Notes: a model not told the origin generated them from the sequence alone. 64,000 bases of DNA from the human T2T-CHM13v2.0 reference genome, Homo sapiens (GCF_009914755.1 NC_060925.1); one strand, 5' to 3'; shown: positions 39,114 to 52,348, numbered from the stretch's first letter. Numbers and translations: made by a program.

Positions 39114-42100
39114 ATGCTTTTAGAAGAAAACCTCTAGACTAGTGTTGCAGCTCCCGGAGGTACAGGCTTCAGAGCCCATGACCCCAGCAGCTCCCATGGC
39201 AGCCTGAGTTACAACTTCAAGCACGCTACTTTACAATGAGCTTTTTTCCCCCCTGCTTCAACTAATTGCACTCTCGTAAAGTGGCAAAATGTGAATCACT
39301 TAGTAACAAAATGGGCACCAGCTGCTATTGTCAGAGAATGGTGATGCTGAAGAAAGGGAAAGCAACCGAATGAAGTGTCATGTCAGAAATCAACGGTGCA
39401 ACGTGTGATTTGAGAAAACATGACTACTTTACAGAGACAGGGTGTCATTATGGCATCACAGTAATACGATGCTTTGACAACTGCTGGGTCTAACATATCA
39501 TCATTGCATTAAGGTACACTGGCTTAGTTGGGAAAAGAAGAGAAAGGATTTTTTCTTTTAATAAGAAATATCTTAAGGTCTGCCTGGTTAACCTAACGGA
39601 AGGAGATCATTAATTGTAAAGAAAGAATTGTGAATCCTGACCCACACGCTCAGAAAGATAAAAACACATGGACAACTTATGCACACATACTTCTGTATAA
39701 TTTTAAGGCCTCCTTTAATAAAAATTGAGCCCTATCTAATAGAATGGATTTCTGTATACCAGGATCAGAATGATTTAGATTTAGTAATGCTGCTTCTTGA
39801 TTCTTTGAACAAATAACTTGTGCATTTAGTTCAAAAGACTCTCTCTAGCTTACTCCATGAAGAACAAGAGTAAGAAAACAGCTGCCCTCAAAGCTGGTGC
39901 CTGAGTTGCTGACAAGAGATAGAGCTATGTAATGTGGGGACATAGAGCCAGCCCCCTATAAAGAAAAATCAGAGCTGAAAGCTCTCCCAACTCTGTAAAA
40001 GGCTCTCTGCTGCAAGCAAAAAGGAAATTCAGTACAAGTAATCAAGACCTTCAACTCATTTCTGGCTGATCATCGAAATAAAAGTGTCCCATGCATTATA
40101 ATTTCATACCTACTGACCAAACTCTTAACAGCAGGACCTCACTGAAACCCTATCTGCTTTTAGGGTTGTAGAGTTCAATGGTCCTTTCTCATTTAATTTT
40201 TTTCTAATATTAGGTTGGTCAACTATCCTGGTTTTAGTAGTAAAATCCCATGTCCTGGATACCCCTAAATCCGAGGTAAACCAGGATGGTTTGTCACTCA
40301 ATCTGACATATAAAGATACCTGTAGAATCCTATGTCTTCACTCTTGCAAAATATAAGGGATTTTGAAATGGAGACAATTCATTTCTTGCAATGGAGGCCC
40401 AGAAATATGGCAAAAGAAATGCACTAATAAGATCGACTAAACTAATTAGGACTAGGGGTGTTGCAAGTATGTATGTAGTGTAAGTGTCTGTGGACACAGC
40501 AGCATCCCATTTTACTATGCTGTGCAAGCTGGAAGTGACTGCTGATTTCCTTAAGTCATCCAGACTATTTTAGATGTAGGAAATTGCAGTTGCTTCAATT
40601 TGTATTGCCAGGTGATTTCTTATGCTTCCTGGTTGATAAACTTTATTAATGGGAAAAGAAATGGTCCTGTGATATCACAATGTGTTGCACATTATGATTG
40701 TTGACAGTTTCTGTATTTAAGGATTCGATCTGATGCAGAGGCGCTTAGTAGTGCAACTTATCCTTAGCTTGTTTTCTTGGACCTATTTCAATCTGGGGGT
40801 GAGCATCTCTTGTTTATGGCTCTAAATACAGTAAGTGAGTTACTGACAAATCAATAAAACTGTTAAATGCATAATAATGCCGAGTAATTGCATACATGAT
40901 GTTTTGCATAATTAACCATCTGAGCTTTTCTTTAATATAATGGGCACTCATGTAATATAGAGCAGCTATAAGTCTATAAAATATACACAGTTTATATGAA
41001 CCGTGATTCTGCTTAAAACTCTGGCTAATCATCTACATCGGCTTTGAAGGGAGAGCTCTCCTCCACTGCCAAGTCCAAATCAATTCTTATGACATTACTT
41101 TATAACTAACATGATATTTAACTGATGATGGCTATTAGCTATTATACAGATTGCACTCAAAAACTGTAACAGTAGGGGGGAAATACCATTTAGTTTAAAT
41201 AAACTTCTGCCATGTAATCAATATTATTGAGGCAAATTAAGTGTTTTAACAAGTGTGTATATTTGCCCTAATGCAGCTTAATTAACTATATCCTCACAAC
41301 TGCTCAACTACATGACGCCAATGGATCCGAAGAGAGAATCTCGAAAACCTCCTAGACGGAAACAAACATGCACAGCAGATGGAAAAACAAGCATTTTGTC
41401 TCCAATCCCTGAAAATATTTCTTACTTTACACAAGTTACTCTTCTGCGAACCAAAAGCCTAAAGACTGAAGGGCTTTCGAACAGTGTGCTATAGTCAACC
41501 ATTTGGGTAGTACATGTCCCAGTCTTGACCAGGTCACTATGCCCAGGGTAGAGTCTAACAGCCCTAGGCAATGGGTGGACACCACCACTAAAACAAAAGG
41601 TTTCTATGAGATTTTATAAAAAAAAAAAGTACCCAAGATAAATCATTAAAATGAAGCTTACAATATATGCTGAATGTAACATTTATTCAGTGTTAGAGGT
41701 TTACTATGCCATGAGCAGACCTCCTCTGCAGTAAGCTTTCTAGGGGAAAGCAATAGTCTCCTACTTCTACAAATCTCTGGTCTTTCAAACAGAAATATGG
41801 ATCAATAAAGTTTGCTTGTGTTCAGACAATTCTGTTTTCAAGCAGTCAAGGAGCACACCAAAGAGAACTCGACACAGAAGGGGACTGACAGCTAAATGAA
41901 GACCTTCCCACAGCACCGCACTAGAGAAGAAATAAACAGACATTCAACTCATAGAAAGTCTATGCACTGATCTCTACAAATTACATTGAATATAGATGCT
42001 TTACTCACAGACGCTCCAGTGATGGAGTTCACAAATCAAATCGAGGTCAATGAAAGCTCAGGCTTCCTGAACTTCCCTTTCCTATTCTCTGCTATACTGA

Positions 42101-42450
42101 AAGAGGAAATGCAAATGCTATCACAAGTTGATATAAGGATATGGAGATCACAGTATTGATGTCATTCTTTACTCATTAAGATAATGTTTTGCAAAAGCAA
42201 TTACAATGACCAATAAACCAGCTGCTTCTATAGACATAGATCAGTTCACCAGGAGTGGAACTCTAAAAGGTACTCTGCAACTGAGTGAATCACAGTGTTG
42301 AGAAAATCTAAATGCTAGGAAATCATTGTTGAAATAAAGGTTGCTTCAAGCACATATGAAAATTTCTGTGTTAGATGGAGATGTGCAGCACAATCAGAGA
42401 TAATAAACCCCATCTGTTGGGTAGCAGTTAAACTATATTTATATTTTTAC

Positions 42451-42557
42451 CTTAATAGCTTAGTCTGCAGTAGTTAACATCTGGATGTAAATGCAGCTGG
42501 TCTTGGGTGATCTATAGCAGAGGTGACATTATATTGTTGGTATCAGGTGTTGTCCAG
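42451..42557 (-). other. Candidate ESRRG cassette (non-coding/5'UTR) exon, 107 bp
   Basis: Strong pyrimidine tract ttcccctcctccctgtctccccactactctcctacttcag|CTG and donor AAG|gtaaaa in unique sequence. Confidence 0.45.
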
Positions 42558-43099
42558 CTGAAGTAGGAGAGTAGTGGGGAGACAGGGAGGAGGGGAACTC
42601 AGCTAATTATTAATCCTAAAAATTCCTCCTCTATCCTCTTTTTAAATAAACATTTCATCAAGCTAGTTACTTGAAGAGAACGTAAAGCTAAAATACACAA
42701 GCCACTATTTGCAGGCAAGGGAAAATAACATATATCTGCATATATATTTAATTCAAGCCATGGAAATGACTAAGGATTTATTTTGTAGCATGACAGGTAT
42801 TGTTAACCAAAAAAAAAAAAAAAAAAAAAAGAAAGGATTATTCAGCAGAAACATAGCATCCAGTGAAGCCAGTAGAAGCCACTGAAAAGCCAAGAGTTCA
42901 AATCAGGACCTGCTTGTCGTTTGTCACATTCAAAAGTCCAAATGCAAACATGCAGAGAAAAATTTCTAAATATAAAATGCCATTCTAAAAAATCAACTAA
43001 AAAAAAAGACTATACCAGGGTTTCTGCCGCTTGCTTTTCTTCTCTTCTCCTTTCCCAGGGAGCCCTGACTTCTTGTAGTATTCGACAGAGTAGGAGACA

Positions 43100-43200
43100 T
43101 GGGTTCTAGCTCTGGATCCAGGCACTGTGTAACCTGAGGCAAGTCATTGTACCACCCTGACTCTCAGTTTTCTCATTTATAAAATGAGAGCATTTGCCTA
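43100..43200 (+). mobile_element. MIR fragment
   Basis: tgggttctagctctgg...tgtgtaacctgaggcaagtca...ctcagttttctcatttataaaatg. Confidence 0.65.
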
Positions 43201-43394
43201 CGTGTTTCGTAAACAACTTCAGCCCTGTTTAAAAACCATATATTCTACTCAGATAAAAAACACACTGGCTTGTAAGTCTGGTTAGACCTTGAGAGCAAGG
43301 ACTATTGCACCGAGGAGCACTCTTCAAACTCCCAAACTTCCATTTCCTTTGCTGCCACTGCACTGAGTCACCATTCAGGGACATGGCAGGGCCC

Positions 43395-43462
43395 GTGTGT
43401 GTGTGTGTGTGTGTGTGTGTCTGTGTGTGTGTGTGTGTGTGAAGTATATGTCTGTGTGTGTG
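43395..43462 (+). repeat. Interrupted (GT)n microsatellite
   Basis: Two long GT runs with interruptions. Confidence 0.95.
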
Positions 43463-46299
43463 TTGCAGGAGAATAATTAAGCAACTTGCTACATAACAAT
43501 GAAACTGCAGCAACCACATTCAACTGAAGACTCACTCCCAGTGGGCTACAAAAAGACAGACAGAGACGTGATCATTTTAGGGGAGCTGGGGAATGGGACT
43601 CTTGGTTTTTTCCTAGAAATGGTTCTGCTTTTGCTCATTACGTTTTTGGTGGGAGGCGTTGGCGGAAGGGCAATTCCCTGCAATCAGTGTTTAAGTGAAT
43701 GTTTGTCCCAGTGTGCGACACCACGCTGTCAGCAAGCAGCGGGGAGCTGTTGAGTTGTTACTACATTTGATTTGACTGCCAGTAGGAAGCTTCATTTCTA
43801 CCAACTGTTAGTTGCTCGCTCAAAGAATCTTCTCTTCATTTTTGGAGTGATTTTTTCCCTCTCTTCTATTTACCATTCCTTGATATGTCGGAAGCCCAAA
43901 TGCCACGTGGATTTGTAAGAGGAAACCTTAGTACTTGGCCCCTAAGCTTGTCAGATCTGAGAATCTGGATGCAAGGGATCCATGCAATTTGTTCAGTGCT
44001 CCTGGTCTCTCATTTAGCGTCTCCTACATCTGAAGATTGCATTTTAATTCAGAATCTCTAGACCACTCCAAGGTCAACACAGGCATGAAGTGGTTCTGCC
44101 ACATTGTGGCCGTGTCTTTTTACATGGTGGGGTTTATTTTAGCCAACAGAACAGATATTTCTGCAGCCCTTATTAGGTGAAAATAAGTGTTGTCATTCAC
44201 CTTTTTGTGAAATTTTGTTGAAATCAGTGCTAGTTTTGGTGATTGCTTCTGGCATTTAAAAAAATTTTTCTGATTTGGTAACTTTACTACATCACATCAA
44301 AGTCCTTCTCCTTAAAAATAATAACTTTGGTAATTAGGTGTCTCAAATAGTGCCTCTGACAACAACTTCTGACAATGAAAAGGATCTTTGGGAAAAAAAA
44401 CAAAAGAATATGCATGGGTGAAAAGGGTGAGAAAAAAAGAAAAAAGAATCCCTGAGAGATATTATGAAAATTCAGGCTGAATGAAAAAGTAATTAACACT
44501 AAACAGCTAAAACTGTAATTAAGAAAAAAATTTCATTAAGAGAAAGCAGGCGAGCCTGCTTTTCTAAATATGACAAGGTGCTGTGTAAAAATAAAATAGA
44601 AGCAGGTTTCAGTGAGTGGAGCGGGAAAGCCATGTCTTTAACCAGATCAAATTCTCGAAATTGGCTGTCAAGACAGGATTGTTGTGATTTATACCCGTCT
44701 ATCAAGTGCACGAACGAGAGACAGAGAGAACAGAGGCAAGCTGCTGTCGCTTCCATTCGCAAAGAACCTTTAATTTCCACAGCACCATCTGTTACCAAAT
44801 CTAATTCACATTCCCCCTTAATCTGGTTTAGTTCCATAATACTAATTCTTCCCCAACCTTTATGAACACAAACCATACAAAAACAAAACAAAAATAAAAC
44901 AACAAAAAACAAGGCTTTGGTTCTCAGTGAGTGAGAAATTGAATATTACAGAGTTAAGATGTTAAGGCTCTGGTGACTTATGTGAAGCAGGCTCTCTTCC
45001 ATTAAAATGTATTCCTGGTAAGGGGATTTGTTTTCAGCCAATGCAGAGATATGAAATTGTTCATATTTGGGGTAAAAAAAAAAGATGATATAAAAGTAGG
45101 CCGGGGACATGAAAGCAGAGGTTGTCATAAAATACAATTTTTGTCAAGTTTAGTCACTTTCAGAACTGGCTATAAAATCACTTTGTCATCGCTTTCATAC
45201 AGAGAAAAGCTGAAATTGTATTTTTGGTAAGGAAACTCGAGAGAGTGGTGTATATATTCAGAAAGAGTGGAGAAGGGTTGGTGGAAAAACCTAGGAGAAA
45301 TAGAAATGGAAAACAATTATATATATCTTAAAATACAGAGATGCATATGGGTAAACACACATTAACTTCCCTCAATCTAAGATTCTATTAGCACATCCTT
45401 TTGATTCGCCATTGCTTCTACTCTTAGCCAATATAATAACTGGCATTCGCAATAATGAGTCTGCAGAACTATAAAATTAGAAAGTGCTTTCTGCATCAGA
45501 GAAAGATTAAACTATGCTCAGTAAAGATTTAGTGTTAAATGTATTTTATTGCTTTCCAAGTCTGTGGAAATTTGTTATCTCTAAAGGCAATAGTACATAA
45601 AGATCCACAGGCATCCATTACAAAATGCAAAAAAGGTACCATGTGAATACTGGGGTGAGTTTTGATTACACATTTAGTCAACTGGCTCACTACCTAAGTT
45701 TCCTATGACCATTACAGGAATTACCGTTTTGTTCTCTAACCCAGTATTATAGAACATCAGCCAGGTTACATAATATCATTCCCTTACTTTCAGAAATAAT
45801 TGGAGAGACTGTGATATAAAATTTGTATTTATCACAGGCCTGATTATCATCCATAAATACATTTTTATAGAGAAGACTTTAACATGTAAAGTCCGTGGCT
45901 GAACTGGTAGTATCTTAATACATTTTTTTAAAATCCAAAATTTTGGGATTTTTTGGATTTTTAAAAATTTGGATTTCAACTATTAGAGGTAATAAAAGCC
46001 TGATTTTTAAGAGATATGGGAGATTATGAAAGAAGATAAACTGTTTTATAACACTGAAACAAACAAAAAACTTGAGACCTGAATAAATATGCCTACACAC
46101 ACAAACATATTATCTATACACTCCCTATAAAAACATCAATGGATGTCATAAACAAATATAACTGATTAAAGATTATACAGATGAAAAAACATAAGGTCAA
46201 TAAGTAATGTGCTAATTCTGATATCTCTAAATTATAATATGTATTCCATAATTTTTAGAGTTCCTATTTCAGCTCCAAATTAAAGAAAATTTTCAGTTT

Positions 46300-46990
46300 T
46301 TCACACACATAAGAGAGGCTAAAATTCATAAGACCGACAACAATAAATGCTGAGGAAGATGTGCAGCAACTGAAAATCACATATGTTGCTGGGAGGGTAT
46401 AAAATTGGAAAAAAAAGTTTGGAAGTTTCTAATAAAGTTAAATGGACACCATAACACAGCATTTCCACTCCTAGATATTCACTACAAGTGAAAACATATC
46501 CCCACAAAAAGAACTGCTTAGGAATGTGTATCACAGCTTTATTTATAATATAATATTAGCCCTAAGCTGAAAACAAATCAACTGTCCATCACTGATGAAC
46601 AAATAAACAAATTATGAAATATATACCTGTGTGTGGTGTGTGTGTGTGTGTTTGCATGTGTGTGTGCTTAAACGAGTCCTAGTCAAAGATAAAAAGAAAT
46701 GAACTGTGATAAATGCAATGACATGGCTAGATCTTAAAAACATCCTGGCCAAGTAAAACAAGCTAGATGCAAAAGAATATATACTGTAAAATTCTGTGAT
46801 GTTCCAGAACAAGGAAAACTAATCATCATAATAGAAATCACAGTGGTTTTCTGGAGCAAGGAGTGAGGATTGCCTAGAGAGGAACATAGGGAAGCTGGTG
46901 GTTTTATGAATTATATGGGTCATATTTGTTAAACCCCATCTAACTGCACAGAAAATATGTCTTGTTGTAAACTGTATCTAAAAGGTAATC
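46300..46990 (+). mobile_element. Old L1 (L1MC/ME-like) 3' fragment with internal (TG)n
   Basis: gatgtgcagcaactgaaaatcacatatgttgctggg...gcatttccactcctagata...aactgtccatc...catggctagatctta. Confidence 0.7.
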
Positions 46991-48176
46991 TAAAAAAAAT
47001 TTTAAACAATGGGTTAAACATAATAACTATGCATCACCAGAAGTTTTCCTTGATTCCTATGCCCTGTACCAGATCGTAAATAACCAGATCTAGAATATTC
47101 TTTTATCAGTGCCTACTTCTACCTCTCATTTACACACAATGGACTAGGGAAGTGAGAGAACTTTAAAGGACTCCCAGAATTACAGGCAAAGCCCAGTTCA
47201 AAGTCCAGATTTCCATCTCTTAGGCCAGCTCTTTTCTTAACTAAGGCCTGCAGTGAAAAATATTTCACTGACTTGAATGATAAAATGCTTTTCATATTCT
47301 GTTTTTAAAAACTTATAAAATCCTTGCAACTGTAAACATAACATAAATGCATTTATGTGTATATTTTGGAAGAAAAGAAAGCTAACCTGCCTTCATTTGC
47401 CATTTTCTTCCCTCAAAATATGTCCAATAATAAAATGGCTTTAGGAAATCTGCAATGTGTGAGTAGTCACAATGTGTCAGTGTAAGCCAGTCAAGGTAGG
47501 CTTAAACATTTTCTTGGTTTCCTTTGGTTTGGCTTTGGCAATAAGGAAGTAGATGCTATAGAATATAGAATAAAGAAAAATGCAGGATTTAGGAAGTAGA
47601 AATAAGAAAAAGAGGATAGTCATTTGATTTTTTAAAATATGGTTAAGCTATAAGTATATACATACAAAGTAGAACGTATTAGGGAGAAAAATACCACATA
47701 TGAAACCTGACTAGGTAAAATGATACATTTCAAAAGAAATGTATAATTTCTAAGAGGCTACCAGGTAAGAAAACTTGCATAGCAACTGGAATAAATTTAA
47801 AAATTATTTTATCACCAATTTGCCAAATGCTTCTGATGTAGTAACACCTAGATGACTTTCCTTAGCAGGAAAGGAAATAAATCATAGAGCACATTTCTTG
47901 CCTTCTTTAACTTTCACACACACAAAGGTTACAGCATTTAGTATTAAGGAGAAACGACATAATTATACAGCTAATTCATGTTTTCCTGAAAAGGGGTTTC
48001 TGTAGAATAATAAAACTGTATATCCCTGAAGACAAATCTGGCCAAGTTCACCATCCATCCCTTTCAATGGCTTCACACATGCTACAGGATACCAGGTCTT
48101 TTAATCTGGGTGTCCAGACCTGGCCTTCCCTGAGCTGACCTGGCCTTACTCTTCAACCTCAGCCTTGTATCTTAAA

Positions 48177-48681
48177 CTATCATGCATCATGTAACAACAC
48201 GTCAGTCAACAACAGGTCACAAATACGACACTGGTCCTGTAAAATTATAATGGAGCTGAAAAATTCCTATCACTTAGTGACGTCACAGTGAAATGTATTA
48301 CTCACATGTTTTTGGTGATGCTGGTGTAAACAAACACATTGCACTGCCAGTCATATAAAAGTATAGCACATATAATTATGTACAGTATGTTGTACTGATA
48401 ATGATAATAGATTACTACTTTACTGGTTTATGTATTTACTATACTTTTTAATCATTATTTTAGAGTGTACTCCTTCTACTTATTAAAAAATTTTTTTTAA
48501 AAATTTACTTGTAAAACAGCCTCAGGCAGGTCCTTCAGGAGGTATTTCAGGAGAAGGCATTGTTGTCATAGGAGATGAAAGCTTCATGCATGCTACCGCC
48601 CTGAAGACCTTCCAGTAGGACTCGATGTGGAGGTGGAAAACAGTGATGTGGATACTCCTGACCCTGTGTAGGCCTAGGCTA

Positions 48682-48718
<37 letters not shown>

Positions 48719-49375
48719 TAGATTTTAACAAAAGAGTTTAACAAGTAAAAAAAAAATCTGAAAAATAGAAAAAACCTTATAGAGTAAGAATATTAAGAAA
48801 AAAAGTACAACTGTACATGTTTGTGTTCAAAGCTAAGTGTTATGATAAAAAGAGTCAAAAAGTTGTTTAACATTTTAGCAGTTTATATAAAATCAAAAAG
48901 TTACAGTAAGCTAGGGCTAATTTACCAGTGAACAAAGAAAATTTTTAAATAAATGTACTGTCACCTAAGTGTAGAGTGTTTATAAAGTCTACAGTAGGAT
49001 ACAGTAATGTCCTAGGCCTTCACATTCACTCACCATTTACTCACTGACTCACCCAGGGCAATTTCCAGCCCTGTAAGCTCCAGTCATGCTCAGTGTCCTC
49101 TAAAAGTGTACCATTTTTTATCCTTTTTACTATATTTTTACTGTACCTTATGTAGATACACAAATACTTACCATTATGTAACAATTGCCTACATTATTCA
49201 GCACAGAAACATGCTGTACACATTTGTAGCCTCTAGGTTATATGACATAGCCTAGGTGTGTAGGGGGCTATATGATCTAGGTTGGTGTAAATACACTCTT
49301 GGATGTTCACGTAAGGAAACTGCCTAACAAGAAATTTCCCAGAACATATCCTTGTTGATAAGTAACACATGGCTG
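48177..49375. mobile_element. Tigger3b-like TcMar DNA transposon inserted into an L2
   Basis: attataatggagctgaaaaattcctatc...cagcctcaggcaggtccttcaggaggtatt...taacacatggctg|ta; ~1.2 kb with an internal (TG)n. Confidence 0.85.
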
Positions 49376-49669
49376 TATACATGCAATGCTTAACGCTTTG
49401 TAAGTCCCCATGCTAATCAGCTTTTCACACTGCTTTTCCTTCTCTCTGGAATTCAACTTCCTTGCCCTTGGCAACACTTTCTGCGCAACTTCTATTCATC
49501 AGTAAAAGTACAATTCGGTTATTATTTCCTCAGCAAGTCTTTCCTGGCACTCCTTCCTTTAGGCTCATAATACTATGAGCCTATTTCTATAATTACAGTT
49601 AACATCTTTTTTTGTGTGTGTAATTTAAAATTTTTTGGTGTGTGTAATTAAAAAAATTTTTTATGTGTG

Positions 49670-49800
49670 TAATTAAAGAAAAATAGGGATGGGGTCTTGC
49701 GATGTTGGCCAGGTTGGTCTTGAACTCTTGGCCTCAAGCAATCCTCTTGTCTTGGCCTCCCAAAGTGCAAGGATTAGAGGCATGAGTCACCACATCCAGT
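49670..49800 (-). mobile_element. FLAM / Alu left monomer
   Basis: Single reverse-complement Alu monomer, preceded by three degenerate ~24-bp TTTTTTGTGTGTGTAATTAAAA units. Confidence 0.8.
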
Positions 49801-49821
49801 TTTAACATCCTTTTTAATGTG

Positions 49822-50161
49822 CAGTTGTCCCTCAGTATCCATGGGGGATTCATTCTAGGACCCCCGTCAGATACCAAAGTCTACAGATGCTCAAGTCCCA
49901 TATATAAATTGATGTAGTATTTGAATACAACCTATGCACATCTTCCCATATACTTTAAATCATCTCTGGATTATTCGTAATACCTAATACAACGTAAATG
50001 CTACGTAAATAGTTGTTATACTGTATTGTTTAGGGAATAATGGCAATTAAAAAGTCTGTACATGTTCAGTGCAGATACAATCATACTTTTTTTCTAATAT
50101 TTTTTATCTGCAGTTGGTCAAATCCACAGATGCAGAGCCCACAGACATGGAGAAATGACTG
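49822..50161. mobile_element. MER2 (Tigger-family MITE)
   Basis: cagttgtccctcagtatccatgggggatt...gatgctcaagtccc...aatgactg|ta. Confidence 0.85.
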
Positions 50162-50887
50162 TACAAACTTATGTTTCCATCCTTCCTCTATGAATTAATT
50201 GTTTTATACTTCTATTTAACCCTGTTCCTGGGTTGTTGAGTAAATGAACAAACCATGAATTCACACACAAAAAAAGTTGTGGACTTTAAATGTTGGATCA
50301 CACATTTCCTAAATAAAAGTGTTGTTCATACAATCTCAAGAATCTGTGAAATAAAGCATTAAGCATAGAAAAACAATTTTGTGGAAGACAAAACAAAACA
50401 AAACCCAAAAACCTGCTGTGTGAAGTAGTAAAATGATTATAAGATTTTTAACTGGAAGGCCTGGTTTTGAGTTCACCAGCACTGTCATTTGCTAAAGGTA
50501 AACTCTGACATGGTATCTACAAGACTTGGTTGCTAAAGCTGTTAAATGGAAGGTATATCTCATTGTGAATGTTAAGAAGATTAAATAAAAATTATTTGCA
50601 TTAAATCAGAAGGATATCATTGAGCAAGGAAGAAAAATACCATTTTAGGGTGAAGGAGGATGATCCCCAAAGTGAGAAAGCAGGGAGTAGTCTCAGAGAA
50701 TGTAGGAGGGGGTGGTGCTGAAGAATACTGTAGGGGATATGGAATCAGAAATGGGTTCAGAAGTCCATTGGGGCCAGATTGCAGAAGATTTGAAATATCA
50801 CACTACCTAGATTAGATGTCACTTTGTAGGTAATGGGAAGCTACTGAAGGTAACTAAGGAGAAAAAAGAAATCAGCCAGTTTGTGTT

Positions 50888-51228
50888 TCTTTTCTTTTTT
50901 CTTTTTCTTATCTTTTCTTTTTTATTTTATTTTATTTTATTTTTTTGACACAGTCTCGATCTGTCACCCAGGCTGGAGTGCAGTGGCGTGATCAGAGCTT
51001 ACTGAAGCCTCTTGACCTTCTGGGCTCAAGTGATCCTCCTGCCTCAGCCCCGAGTACCAGGGATTACAGGTGCGTGCCACCACACCTGGCTAATTTTTCT
51101 TTTTTAAATAGAGACAGGATTTTGCCATATTGCCCAGGCTGGTCCTGAACTCCTGGACTCAAGTAATCCACCCACCTCGGTCTCTCCCAAAGTGTTGGGA
51201 TTACAGGCATGAGCCACTGCACCTGGCC
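50888..51228 (-). mobile_element. Alu (AluJ-like)
   Basis: T-rich tail plus reverse-complement Alu. Confidence 0.92.
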
Positions 51229-51599
51229 CATTTTTTGTTTCTGTTAAACACTGTTTTGGCTCCAGCATTTTCCATGTATTCACTCATTCATTCCTATCAT
51301 GTTTTAAGCCTATAACCTGGTAAACAAAACAGACCACATCTTTGAACTCGGTGTTTACAGCCCAACTATGAAGCTATTATATTATCTTCATTTATAATGA
51401 AGATAAATCATGAGGAAAAGGCCTGAACTAAGATGGTGGAAAAGAGAATGAAAAGAAAGGAGATGAATATTATGGGAATCATCGGAGGAGGTTTTTGCAC
51501 TCCTAGTATTCTACAAATAATATATAATAATTAGTCAAGCTACAATTTCTTTGACAAAGTACGATTTTTAATATATTATATAATATAAAAACAAATTAA

Positions 51600-51880
51600 T
51601 GCTTTGTCATGGAGCTGATCATTTTCTTGAACTGTGGAAGTGGTTACAAAAATCTCATATGTGATAAAATTATGTAGAACTAAACACACACACACACACA
51701 CAAATGAATATGAGTAAAACTGGTGCTATCTGAGAAGTCCATGAACTGCAATTACCTGGTTGTAATATTATACAATAGTTATGCAAATAGTTACAACTGA
51801 AGGAAACTGGGTAAACAGGATTTTATGATTTCATACAACTTCATGTGAGTCTATAATTATCTCAAAATAAAAAGTTTTTT
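51600..51880 (+). mobile_element. L1MC-like 3' end fragment
   Basis: gtggttacaaaaatc...tgtgataaaatt...gtgagtctataattatctcaaaataaaaagttt. Confidence 0.65.
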
Positions 51881-52246
51881 AATTAACATTTTCCTTGAGG
51901 GCTAGACTATAGATCATATTTGACTTTGTATCCCCAGTACTTCATGTTATGCTGAGTTCATGTCAGCTACTTAATAAATGTGTCACTTAAGAGACGTTTG
52001 TTGAATAAGTAAATGAATGAATTACAAAGCATCACATCAAATAAACACATCATCTCTGTTTACTAATGTTATGAACCTGATCTTATGAGTTTCTATGTCT
52101 GAAATATATGTTTATGGCATTAGTTTAAATAATAGAATCATGAGTATCTGATTCTAGATACCATGAAGTCAAGATCATGAAGATTTCACCAGTGTGAAAA
52201 GGTGGTTAGCATGGGGACTCACAAAGCATTAAGCATTGCATGTATA

Positions 52247-52348
52247 CAGCCATGTGTTATTTATCAACAAGGATATGTTCTGGGAAAGTTACTGTTAGGC
52301 AATTTCCTTATGAGAACATCCTAAAGTGTATTTACACCAACCTAGATC
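52247..52348. mobile_element. Duplicated Tigger3 terminus (part of a 159-bp inverted duplication of 49274-49432)
   Basis: Reverse complement of 49274-49375, with its original flank attached at 52190-52246. Confidence 0.9.

Noticed and set aside
44499-44912. Overlapping 137-aa (minus) and 95-aa (plus) ORFs
   Set aside because: Non-ATG starts, no recognisable domain, and no supporting exon structure.
48177-49375. Possible transposase gene in Tigger3
   Set aside because: Internally deleted non-autonomous copy with no long ORF.
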